A DNA stretch of 42,536 nucleotides from Octopus bimaculoides (lineage: Eukaryota): assembly GCF_001194135.2 (NCBI RefSeq), contig NC_068982.1:164861777-164904312 (forward strand), given 5' to 3'. The position numbers and the translations under genes were made by a program. The stretch's first letter is position 1; the number at the start of each line of letters is the position of its first letter. Below are positions 23,146-34,829 of this stretch, piece by piece. The notes beneath the pieces were generated by a model, which saw only the letters and a program-made list of their open reading frames with translations, did not search any database and had not been told where the DNA came from.

Positions 23146-25327
23146 CGTGTGTGTTTGTGTGTGTGTGTGTGTGCGTGTGTTTGTGTTTGTGTGTGTGTGT
23201 GTGTAATATCATATATATTATAGCCCGAAAATTTCATTAAAGGTTATTTGGAGTGTTAAGAGCAGTTACACAAACCTAAATATATTCGCTCCAAATCTTG
23301 TTGAATCCTATTTTCAGACCGCGAATCCACCGTTGATGAGGGAATATTCGCTGAAGAACAAACAAATAGAAGATAGAATGTGTAATTATGCCGATAATTT
23401 GGAAATGCATCGTGATTAAGCCTACCGTAACGCACACTAACACATACAGATTCAATAAACAAAATGGATTTATTGCGGTAAATTTCTCTCCGAATTTTTT
23501 ATCCGATCTCATTAATCTAATATAAAAGTTTGATTGCATTCCAACTTTTTCTGTTAAACATTCAACGATTAGGTGACACCTTTTAACCATTCCTCACAAG
23601 TACAAATTACCGCATAGAGAATATAGGAACTCGATATCATATCACATTTTAGGTATTTAGCAAACGCTATCGTAAGTAACAATACTATAAATATAGAAGT
23701 GAAAGAACTATCACTGTGTTGTGAATAAAAGTTCTTGTAGATCAATGCACCATCCTAAGCAATCTCCAAACATCCTTGCGTCTCATTATCTACTGTCCAC
23801 TCCAACTTCAAATACAGGTAATTAAACTCCTCAGGAATAGACTTGAGCAGGGGAAGTAAGATTAGTCTTGACGTTTTTCATTTTACAATTAAAATTAATA
23901 AGTGGTTTGATTAATAGAACATATAGCTATTGTAATTATGTTGTTCCATAACTTGTGAAGCAAAAATGTATGTAAATTCAACTAATTCGATACAGAAATA
24001 CCTCGTTCTGAACTGTTTCAGCTTCAGGGAACTTGCTAAGTCACGTCATTTATTTGGTAAAAAACAAAGACGGTGATCTATGATTCGATGTTTTGTGTAA
24101 TGATATAAGGATGTCAGTCACATGAGGTCATCCCAATGGTGGTTGAATGTGTGCAAGCGTTTATACTTCACACATGCAGGAGACGAATCTCATGCAAATC
24201 TTCATGTTATGTAGAAAAAGTAAGACTTCGCACTCTCACACACCATGACCAGCCACACCATGGATAAATTGTGCAAGACATATGTAAGTGTATTTAAGCA
24301 TAGAGCAATAAATGTAAGCTAGAGAATTCTCAAATTATCATTGAAAAGGAAATTTTCTAGATGAGGCTGCTACTATACTGAAACCTTCCTTTTCATACAT
24401 ATATATATATTCGTGCTAAAAAATATTTTTCGAGAATTTCTGTCTTCCGTAAGGCCCCACTTTCAAGCTACAAGCAAATACCACAAATCCAATCTTCCAA
24501 TGTTAGCGTTTCTGTGGCAGACGACGTTATCTCCCATATTAAATGTGATAACAAAAAAGCGTACCTTTCTAGAGACCCTAAACTAGCAACCTGCCTCAAA
24601 CTGTTGATTTCAATGACCGAAAGGCTCAGATTTTATCTTGTATTGTTTTTGGAAACTTGGATTCTGAAAATTAGTCGGAAGAGTCTTTGTATCCAGTTCT
24701 AAAATAGGCATCTGTAGGCTCTGCTTTACTGGGCATGAGTGATAGGATGCTGAATTTTCTGTGTCTAACTGGAATTACAACCTACCATTGTGCATATGCC
24801 AGTAAGTCTTAGTTTAGTGCATATGATTTTTAAATATCAACATACATATGTATATACGCATGCATACGTATGTGTGTATGCATATGTGTGTGTGTATATA
24901 ATATCGGTTTCTTGATCTTAGGTTAGAAATAAGCACACTCAATATGAATAAGGAGCGACTACTTTTTCTACATATCATCGAAGTGTATATTACTGGTTAT
25001 GACATACAAAATATCAGGATTACGCGCACGCACGCACACACACATACACACACACACACACAATTGTTCACAAACATACACAAACAACAAAAAAGAGTCA
25101 GAGAACGAAGAGTATTGACCTTCTCGTAGCTTTTCTGAATTACCCAACTGTAACTATTTGCTTTTTCACATTTTAAAAACTATTTACATGGAAAATTCCG
25201 AATATGCGTAATGCTGTCAAAATTCATTATCTTTGAACTCCACATTCTTTTAGTGACGGCGTTTATAATCCTTCACCTTCAGACAATATAATTTATTATT
25301 ATTTACAGTAAGTGTCTCGTTTTATAG

Positions 25328-25358
25328 GTTCTATATTAAATAATGTGTGTGTAATATC
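25328..25358 (+). CDS. Candidate 31-bp exon
   Basis: ttttatag|...tc|gtaagt, phase 1 to 2, peptide SILNNVCVI. Confidence 0.25.
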
Positions 25359-25404
25359 GTAAGTGTTAGTGTTTTTATGTGCATATATATATTAAATGTA
25401 CACA

Positions 25405-25443
<39 letters not shown>

Positions 25444-25617
25444 TAGTCTTATCACCAATTATGCAGTGTATTAGATTACATATTTGCTGTATGGTTTATG
25501 ACCTACCAGCGAATGTTTTTATATATCTTGTACTTTCGTTCTAGTGTCTAACAACTGTTGATGCTTATGTATTATGTAATAGTAATCACTGAAATATCTT
25601 GTGTTTTTCTTTTTTAG

Positions 25618-25675
25618 CATTACTATCTATCATAATTACCCTTCACTAAAGAAAGCCGATATATATAAAATGTGG
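25618..25675 (+). CDS. Candidate 58-bp exon
   Basis: Strong acceptor gtttttctttttttag, donor gtatta, phase 2 to 0, peptide ITIYHNYPSLKKADIYKMW. Confidence 0.3.
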
Positions 25676-26182
25676 GTATTAAAAAAAATTAAGAAGAAAA
25701 AAATAAGAAAATTTTGTTAAAATACTTTGTGATTGGGAACATAATCCAGAAACAAAAATACGCCCATCGAAAGTGAGTATATAAGAATTTTTTCTATACA
25801 TGTATCAGTTTTATAATACATGCATAAAACATGTTATGTAGGATGTATGTAAAATTACAGTTCCACGTTTCATGAGGCAAAATAAACATTCTTTTTACGA
25901 GTACTGGCAAAAAGGAATTACATCTTAGAATATCCCAAACGTGCTCCCTTCAGCTAGTCTCGTATAAAGACTAGATGAACAAGGTTTTTTTTTTTTTAAT
26001 AATGATTCTATTGATGCGCTGTGCAAAGAAGGTTTTGTGTCGATCAATAGGTAATGGTGAAAATGGCGCGTACTTGTAATTTCTATGAAAGCTGTAATAA
26101 TGCTGGTAGCTGTAAGTTGTACATAAGTTTATAGTGTATTGTTTAATGTAACATGTCGTAAATGTGGAAACCTTATAGCTAG

Positions 26183-26270
26183 AAGCCTACTGTTGTGTCA
26201 TGGCCGCATTGTAATGGGCACTGTGAGTCTGAGTTGCAAAACGAGCCGGCTAGTAAAGGAAACAGGGCTG
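26183..26270 (+). CDS. Candidate 88-bp exon
   Basis: GC-richer island with donor g|gtaagt, phase 0 to 1, peptide KPTVVSWPHCNGHCESELQNEPASKGNRA. Confidence 0.3.
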
Positions 26271-26970
26271 GTAAGTGAGCTGCATAGCTGGTGAAAGCTG
26301 TTGTATCAGCGCCAGTGAGTGAGCTGCATAGTTACCGGTAAGGTGCCAAACGCGCATTCCGTGGAAAAAAAGTGAGAGTAAATCGACTTATTGATATATA
26401 TCATTCTACACTTAGAATATTCCATTTTTACATGTATTTCGAAAGGTGATGATATGCAATGTTTCATCGAGAACGTCGATGTTTCGAAACGATGTCGAGA
26501 AATATTAATGAAATTGTATTCTGATTGAAAAGAAAGCAATTTTTGGAGCAACACATTTGCTGAAGTGATATTTGTTACATCCTATATGTAACAAAATGTG
26601 TCACCTGTATTTGTGTAATAAATCCTAAAATCATATTTGATATATTAGGGTATTTTGTTTTGTCTTGTGCATTTAGATATAAATGATACGTTACAATATA
26701 TACATATATATATGGGATACTTCAGTAAATTTGAAAAAATCAACTTCACAAACTGTTATGCGTGTATGTGTGTGTGTGTGTATTTGTGTGTGTGTGTATG
26801 TGTGTGAGTGTATGTGTGTGTGTATGTGTGTGTGTGTGTGTACTGTAGACAGCAGTTTTCAATGTTACACCTAAAAGGAAAACTATAATCGTCATTAAAT
26901 GTAACTAGGTTGTTAAAAACACGACCTAAAATGCACTACTGTTGTAATCAAAGCACATAATTATATATAT

Positions 26971-27044
<74 letters not shown>

Positions 27045-27045
27045 C

Positions 27046-27312
27046 CTGACAGGGAGTGTAATCGTCAGAAAACACCGTTCGAGAATTCTTTATACTGACA
27101 GTCAGTTTCGGCACTTTACGTTGACTCATCAGTAAGGGCTGGCTCCACTTCGACAGTTTGCAGACTTATTTACTTATCAGTATAATCTCTGGCAGATTTA
27201 GCGAATCGCTAATGTGTATACAGAGAAATTAATGTAGTTTGCAATGTTACACCAAGAAGGAAAATTATAATCATCACTAAATGTGACGAGGGTGTAAGAA
27301 ACACCTAAACTG
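27046..27312 (-). mobile_element. Hammerhead-containing dispersed repeat (solo PLE pLTR-like), copy 2
   Basis: Homologous to 13085-13315. Its 5' part (27234-27312) is repeated at 26851-26935. Confidence 0.75.
27088..27137 (-). ncRNA. Type I hammerhead ribozyme motif
   Basis: cctta-CTGATGA-gtcaacgtaaagtgcc-GAAA-ctgactgtcag-TA-taaag: intact core, near-palindromic helix III (actgac-t-gtcagt) and a GUA triplet. Helices I and II each have a mismatch. Confidence 0.75.
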
Positions 27313-27790
27313 CTAGAAATAAGAACTTAAATATATTTCGCTTTAGTATTTGATTTGCAATATCCTTTAAATGAATTCGTGTTTTGTAACAAATTTTGTA
27401 GTATCCAAGCACTAATATTATTAACACAAGCACTGGTTCAATTTCACTCATTTATTATTAGTCAATTATTTAAATATTCAACCAAATTGTTGGAATGTTC
27501 GTTTAATTTGGTTAAACAATAAGTCATTTGGTTGTTTTTTTTTTGTTTGTTTTTTTTGTCAAAGCTCTTTAATTGCTATTTGCAACATTTTCAGTGATTT
27601 TCTTCTTAGTTCCGTTGCAGAGGTCGCGTTTGTCTGCATGACAGTTTGTTGCATGCGTGTTTTTGCGTGCGATCGTGCACGTGTGCTTGCGTATGTATGT
27701 ATGTATGTATGTATGTATGTATGTATGTATGTATGTATGTATGTATGTACGTACGTATGTACGTATGTATGTATGTATGTATGTATGTAT

Positions 27791-28095
27791 TTATTTAAGT
27801 ATTTATGCCTGAATGTTTGCCATTATTCAGTTATATTATTTTAGTATTTAGGCAGTGTGTTACATATCCCAACGCTCCAATAATTACACGAATAAACCTG
27901 GACTTGTAATCTGGAAAGAGTAGCAGTAGATTCCTCAATAGTTCAGCATAGGTATTTTCTTTTTTGGTGATCTTAAGCTTTATGTTAACATCCCCTGGGC
28001 AGCTGCTTCCCACAGCTGCACACAGTTACTCTTCTCTATTTCAATGTATTAGGTCAGGTCTACTATGCTTACATTTTATTCAGGTTTTCACTGAA
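27791..28095 (-). mobile_element. R4/Dong-clade LINE restriction-like endonuclease fragment between (TACA)n arrays
   Basis: KCKHSRPDLI...SCPGDVNIKLKITKKENTYAELLRNLLLLFPDYKSRFIRVIIGALGYV (PD..D/E..K type). (TATG)n lies at 27691-27790 and 28096-28128. Confidence 0.85.
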
Positions 28096-29246
28096 TGTAT
28101 GTATGTATGTATGTATGTATGTATGTATATATGTTCGTACGTAGGTAAGATAAGGTGCTTCTTGTGGCTATGCGTTGCTTTAACTCTTATTTCTAGCAAT
28201 ATTGGTGCTGACTAGTTCCTCCAGTCACTTTAGTGACGTGCATATTTCTGCATTTCGGTCGTAAAATTGCGAACAAGCAACCCCTATTATCTATAATTTT
28301 AATTTTGCCCGTTTATGAAATCATGATCTGGTTATGCTTAGGCGTTGAGGGAGCTTGCTTCCCTTGTCAATGATTAAGATAAGGTGCTTCTTGTCTAGCA
28401 ATTCTGGTTTTGACTAGTACCCTCAGTCATTTTAGTAACGAAAGTATTTCTGCCTTTCGTTTGTAAANNNNNNNNNNNNNNNNNNNNNNNNNNNNNNNNN
28501 NNNNNNNNNNNNNNNNNNNNNNNNNNNNNNNNNNNNNNNNNNNNNNNNNNNNNNNNNNNNNNNNNNNNNNNNNNNNNNNNNNNNNNNNNNNNNNNNNNNN
28601 NNNNNNNNNNNNNNNNNNNNNNNNNNNNNNNNNNNNNNNNNNNNNNNNNNNNNNNNNNNNNNNNNNNNNNNNNNNNNNNNNNNNNNNNNNNNNNNNNNNN
28701 NNNNNNNNNNNNNNNNNNNNNNNNNNNNNNNNNNNNNNNNNNNNNNNNNNNNNNNNNNNNNNNNNNNNNNNNNNNNNNNNNNNNNNNNNNNNNNNNNNNN
28801 NNNNNNNNNNNNNNNNNNNNNNNNNNNNNNNNNNNNNNNNNNNNNNNNNNNNNNNNNNNNNNNNNNNNNNNNNNNNNNNNNNNNNNNNNNNNNNNNNNNN
28901 NNNNNNNNNNNNNNNNNNNNNNNNNNNNNNNNNNNNNNNNNNNNNNNNNNNNNNNNNNNNNNNNNNNNNNNNNNNNNNNNNNNNNNNNNNNNNNNNNNNN
29001 NNNNNNNNNNNNNNNNNNNNNNNNNNNNNNNNNNNNNNNNNNNNNNNNNNNNNNNNNNNNNNNNNNNNNNNNNNNNNNNNNNNNNNNNNNNNNNNNNNNN
29101 NNNNNNNNNNNNNNNNNNNNNNNNNNNNNNNNNNNNNNNNNNNNNNNNNNNNNNNNNNNNNNNNNNNNNNNNNNNNNNNNNNNNNNNNNNNNNNNNNNNN
29201 NNNNNNNNNNNNNNNNNNNNNNNNNNNNNNATATATATATATATAT

Positions 29247-29282
<36 letters not shown>

Positions 29283-29886
29283 GAAGAAGAAGAAGAAGAA
29301 GAATTTTACGTATTCCTCAGTTTTCTGCAATTTTACAGCGCATGTGCGGAACCCTACCAACATTTCCGCATATTAACTTTTCTCATTGAATTGATTGTTG
29401 CACAAACCGCGCTCGACATTCCCTATTTCAATTTTTAGAAAACTATGATTCTATTTTATTTATACTTCTTCCTTTTACTAGTTTATGACTTCTGTCTTAG
29501 TTATGGATTTTTCGCAACACGATGGTAAATTACGGGACGGAATATTCTGATTTTGTAAATTTTATAATTTCTATAAAGGCACTAGTAAATGAGGTGTATT
29601 TTCTATAGCGTGTAATCCGACCATAACATTGTCACTAATTCACCTGGTTTGACGTGTGCCATTTGTCATTTGCACCAAATAAACAGGCGCAACAAATTAC
29701 AAAACGCTTTTTTTCTTTTTGTTTTTAGAAACTGATTAAATTTGTAACTGAGGAGTGTACATTTTCAAATTGAAGCTACAATTCTGTGAATTCTACAATA
29801 ATGTATAACAACAACCTCCTTTAAGTGCATATATAATCATGTGAACAATGAAATAAGTTTCGGTACTGAAAATGTATGGTAGTCAT

Positions 29887-30109
29887 TATTTTCTTTTCTA
29901 CTCTAGGCACAAGGCCCGAAATTTTGGGAGAGGGAGCGGCGGCAATCGATTAGATCGACCCCAGTACGCAACTTGTACTTAATTTATCGACCCCGAAAGG
30001 TTGAAAGGCAAGTCGACCTCGGTGGAATTTGAACTCAGAACGTAAAGAGAGGCGAAATACCACTAAGCATTTCGCCCAGCATGCTAACGTTTCTGCCAGC
30101 TCACCTTCC
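29887..30109 (-). mobile_element. tRNA-derived SINE family A (tail type 2)
   Basis: Same head and central domain as 12115-12355, with tail ccttgtgcctagagtagaaaaga. A 10-bp TSD tggtagtcat lies at 29877-29886 and 30110-30119. Confidence 0.9.
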
Positions 30110-30599
30110 TGGTAGTCATATAATAAGTTCATACGAATGAACTAACAAGATTAAGGATCAGAACAATATTATCTGTATCCAAAACTCAGTATATCACATT
30201 ACCTTCTTTTCTCAAATGATAGGAACGGGATAATAGTATTATAATACTATAAACACTATTGTGATGAAATGCCAATAGGCGATGTAAATAAGTGAAACAT
30301 TTTTCCACTGAGTGCTTCCAGTTAGGAAATTTTATATTGAATAATGAATATAATGTAATAGTTAACTGGACAACTATGATGGGATAAGAGATAAAACAGG
30401 TATAAGAAAAGAAATTTATCACGGGATATAATCGTATGGTCTTGATTTTGTGATTAAAAAGTTTGTATGACAACCACATTGTTCCAAATTCGATCACCTG
30501 CAAGGGATTTGAAGCAATGCCTGGATTGATCAATATGCATTCTGAATGGTTCTACATGAAAATTTTCCGCATCGTTGTATGTGCGTCCATATACACGCA

Positions 30600-30659
30600 C
30601 GAACACAGTATATGCATACATAATTTGTCCGATAGCCTAATACACGTACACACACAGAA

Positions 30660-30719
<60 letters not shown>

Positions 30720-31030
30720 GCACGCACCAACTGAAAGAGCACATACACATATGCTTGATGGCCTCTTACACAAACACTCATAAATTGGAAATAGAAACAG
30801 ACACACACACGTACACACACATACGCTAAACGCACACAGTATACACGCATATGATAGCTTTTTTTTACACCCACAAATACACATCTGATAACCTCATATG
30901 CACAAACATACATCAGATAATCCCGTGCGCCAATACACGCCCGTACACACGTACACAAACGCTGCGTGCGCTCCCATGCGCATACATACACACACTACAT
31001 TCATTCAAATGCTTTCGCACACACATATAC
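30600..31030. repeat. (CA)n and degenerate CA-rich tract
   Basis: Directly visible. Confidence 0.85.
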
Positions 31031-31091
31031 CAGGCCACTCTTGTTTGTTTGCTAGATACAAAGAAAAATATCAGTAGTTTGTTATTCTTAC

Positions 31092-31190
31092 GTTAAATAT
31101 ATTTTTTAAATCGATGTAAAACGGCGAGTTATCCATATTCATATCATTACTAAGGTTCGTGTGATCGCCAAACCCTCCAAGGTGATCTCC
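31092..31190 (-). CDS. Candidate 99-bp symmetric exon
   Basis: Long polypyrimidine tract ending ttttccag|, donor |gtaaga, open in phase 0: GDHLGGFGDHTNLSNDMNMDNSPFYIDLKNIFN. Confidence 0.4.
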
Positions 31191-32000
31191 CTGGAAAACA
31201 TACTGAAAGCAAAAAAAAAAATAAAAAATACAGAATGTACAGGAAAAAGAACATCCATGATTTTGAGAAGACAAGCTAGAAATGGCTCATCAATATAACT
31301 TTGGGGTAGGGACGGTATTATATTTATCTGCCATCGAAATCGATGCTTAGTATGCTGGCTGCTTCCGACTTGTATCAACGTTCATGACAAGCATGATATA
31401 AGCATGGATAGGCTGTGATGTATAAATACAAATTTGCAAAACATCCGTGAAAATTTTCAGTACATCAAAGATGTACATGAAAGACAATTTTGAAGAAGTC
31501 TTTGTGTACCACAACAATAGGAAATTTAACTTGATGGAAATCACGGAATATTCTTAACTGTACAACTTCAACTGCATGTAGTCAAATAATACGTTATCTA
31601 AATTTCAATAAACGAGTCAACGAGTCAGCAAATACATAAATTTGATATATGCGAAGTGACATGTAATAGCGGTATGCATATTGATATAAAATTTATGTAT
31701 GCAATGTTTAGATTTCGTTTGGGAAGAATTTACCATAAATAGTCCTGCAAAAGATCAAAATTTAATAACTTTCAGTTGGAAACTTAACGATTAGGTAAGT
31801 ATCTGTGCATATAAAGATTTCACCAATTATGTATGTATACGTACATAATCGATGAATTTGTATGAATAACGCCTGAATATCGACCAGGTCATATACATAC
31901 AAACATAAACGCGCGCGCGGTCACACACTCACACAAGCGCACACACATACACACTCATGTATAAGACTATACTATATATAACTGCATACACACACAGACG

Positions 32001-32262
32001 CACTCACGATCATGAGGTAGTGAGTTCGGTTCTCGGATCGGACTGTGTGATGTGTTTTTGAGTAAGACACTTTATTTCATGTTGCTCCCGTTCACTCATC
32101 TGTAGAAATGAGTAGGATAACATTAGTGGTGTGGAGAGAGGACGCTGGTATGTATGGGCGACTGCTGGTCTTTCATAAACAACTTTGCCCTGACTCGTCC
32201 CTCGGGAAGGAACTCTCTTGGTGCAGAACCATGGTCATTCATGACAGAAGAGGGGGTTTCTT
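32001..32262 (+). mobile_element. SINE family C (CORE-like), 5'-eroded
   Basis: B-box-like gagttcggttc and CORE-like cactcatctgtagaaatgagt; homologous to 34465-34705. Confidence 0.7.
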
Positions 32263-32263
32263 G

Positions 32264-32299
<36 letters not shown>

Positions 32300-32353
32300 C
32301 GAATGAAAGACGGAAGATGGAATATACGAGAATTCATTGCTAAACACATCTGC

Positions 32354-32384
<31 letters not shown>

Positions 32385-33368
32385 TAAAATTAATTTACGA
32401 AGGTGTCATTAATTCTATTATTATCCAATGTAACTATTTTAAGAATGATAATAACAGAATTAATGACACAGGCGACAGCAGGCCAAAAATAGCATTAAAT
32501 AGCCGAGGGATTAAAATTAATCAAAGGATACGTGTGCAAAACATTTCTGCAAGTACCCCGATGGTATAAATGCATGAACATACAAATTAAACAAACTGGA
32601 TGACTGTTCGTTCATAGAGAATAAGGTGGACTGTTTCTCTACATGATTCTGTGACCCTATATTTTGTTAACTGCTGTTGAGCACGTTTATCCATAGATAT
32701 ACAGTATAAGGTTGTTGCAGAAATCATTAGATATTTGGAGTATAAATCAATGGCCAATGGGTAAAGGAATGAAACTATCAATATATAAATGCGTGCAATG
32801 TCAAATGTCAGATGAATGCAATGTCAAATGCTATAGAAATGTAGTGAAAATTTACTTCAGATTAGTTCACAGGGAGAAGGCATAAAGTCGAGGTGTTTCA
32901 TGTATCTGCGTTTTGTTGACGATTGAAGAAGTGAGTACTCAATAAGTTAAAACAAGTAGTGTTTTAAAATATTTATTGGTCAAGTAATTTGCAGAATTGA
33001 CTTTGGATTCTTAAACAAATTTTATCATAATTGTGGTAGTTAGCGAATCAGATTTGATGTATAGAAGTTTTATCGGAGGAGAAGTACATGTACTTCTATA
33101 AATTCCTTGGAAGTGACACATTGTGAGAAGATAAAGTTGATATATTGCTGTTCATGAACAAGCATTCAATATTATGTAACTCAGAGTATTTTACGAAATT
33201 ATGACATTGATGGTGCAACATATATCGATAGGTCATTCCTTCTACTTTTGTTATCAAACAGCACACACGCGCGCGTGTAAGTACATAAATGCAAAACAAG
33301 GTCGAAAAAGTAGTATTGTAATATCGAAGGTAGAGTAATATGCTTTGTTTTGTTTTTTATTAGGGATG

Positions 33369-33519
33369 CAAAAACATCACGAAAACTGCTGCTCAGGGTT
33401 TCCAGTTCCCGCTTGTCGGATAGTTGTGATCACGAATTTTGTTTATGGAAGAATCTTGATCAAGACTGTTCGGCGAACGGGAACGTGGAACTCTGAGTAG
33501 CAGTTTTTGTGATATTTTT
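33369..33519. mobile_element. Foldback/MITE-like element
   Basis: Arms of about 60 bp (aaaacatcacgaaaactgctgctcagggtttccagttcccg... / ...cgggaacgtggaactctgagtagcagtttttgtgatatttt) around a 26-nt spacer. Confidence 0.75.
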
Positions 33520-33554
33520 CCAGAGTACAACGAATAATTTGTATGCGTGTGTGT

Positions 33555-33785
33555 TATTTCTTTACTACCCACAAGGGGCTACACACAGAGGGGACAAACA
33601 AGGACAGACAAACGGATTAAGTCGATTATATCGACTACAGTGCGTAACTGGTACTTATTTAATCGACCCCGAAAGGATGAAAGGCAAAGTCGACCTCGGC
33701 GGAATTTGAACTCAGAACGCAGCGGCAGACGAAATACGGCTAAGCGTTTCGCCCGGCGTGCTAACGTTTCTGCCAGCTCACCGCC
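33555..33785 (-). mobile_element. tRNA-derived SINE family A (tail type 1)
   Basis: Complete head, centre and tail. A 17-bp TSD tttgtatgcgtgtgtgt lies at 33538-33554 and 33789-33805. Confidence 0.92.
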
Positions 33786-33788
33786 TAG

Positions 33789-33794
33789 TTTGTA

Positions 33795-33875
<81 letters not shown>

Positions 33876-34460
33876 GTGCATGTGTGCGTGCGCATGCATG
33901 TGTGAGTGCGCATGCATGTATGTGTGTTTGCCGACATCGGTGTGGGCGACGCGTGTGAGTACGCGAACGTATGGTCACGTGTACGTGTTCGTGTTGTTGA
34001 AATGGTTCTGTGGTGAATGTGTGTGTGTATGTGTGTACGTATCTGCGTGTGCGTGCAATGTAGCGATTTTTAAAATAGGTAAGCGTCTACGTGCGTGCTT
34101 GCGTATGTGCGTTTTTGTGTGTGTATGTGTTCCTAAGTACGTGTGCCCGCGCTTGTGTGGGCGTTTGCCTGTACATGTCTGTGTGCTCGTGTACCTGTGT
34201 ATACGTTGTGTGTGTGTAGATATGTATGTGTGGTTGTGTGTTCTTGCTTTCCATACATGCTTGTTTACGTGTGCGAATGTGTGCGTGAGCGTGAGTGTAT
34301 TGGAATTGTTTATAGCTCTATGTATTTATTTGCATGGATTTCCTTGAGAACCTGTCGTTATTCCACTTCTCTCACATCTGTACCTGTGTATACCTATGTG
34401 CATGCACATGCACGCGTGTGTAGCTTTGCATGGATCTGTATTGGAATAGTACATATTTAC
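33789..34460. repeat. (TG)n followed by a long degenerate TG-rich tract
   Basis: Directly visible; source of the 266-aa Cys/Val ORF. Confidence 0.9.
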
Positions 34461-34464
34461 ATAC

Positions 34465-34705
34465 GGTGACGTCGTGTGGCTTAGCGGTTAGGGTGTTGGA
34501 CTCGATCGGAAGGTTTTGGTTTCGATTCCTGGGTTGCATCTCATTGTGTTCTTGAGAAAAACACTTAATTTCACGTTGCTCCAGTCCACTCAGCTGCCAA
34601 AAATTAGTAATCAAACGACGGATAGGTATCCTTCCCAGGTGGGGGAATTCATATGCCATGGAAACCGGCCGTACGTGTCTATGACTCGGGAAGAAACTTC
34701 ACTAC
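34465..34705 (+). mobile_element. SINE family C (tRNA head plus CORE-like domain)
   Basis: A box tggcttagcgg and B box ggtttcgattcc, followed by ttcttgagaaaaacacttaatttcacgttgctccagtccactcagctg. Confidence 0.8.
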
Positions 34706-34829
34706 TTTTTTTGCATGTATAGGATTTGATGCAATTTGCTATTGTTCTACTCCTAGCCTTTACATACCTGGCTATACTACCACATTCACGCCCTCTCACC
34801 TACACGGACGCAGCCATGTATGCATACTG

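Noticed and set aside
23270-23600. Possible Tc1-like ILFSD remnant
   Set aside because: A single short motif, with no TIRs and no further catalytic motifs.
33547-34347. Long ORFs rich in CV/HT/YI/I/N or X (also 8384-8848, 13523-14362, 22810-23237, 28395-29363, 30530-30991, 39327-39657)
   Set aside because: They are translations of microsatellites or N-gaps, which have no stop codons.
34465-34560. tRNA genes at SINE heads (also 21795, 33785 and 38239)
   Set aside because: A and B boxes are present, but there is no complete cloverleaf, and each continues into a SINE body.
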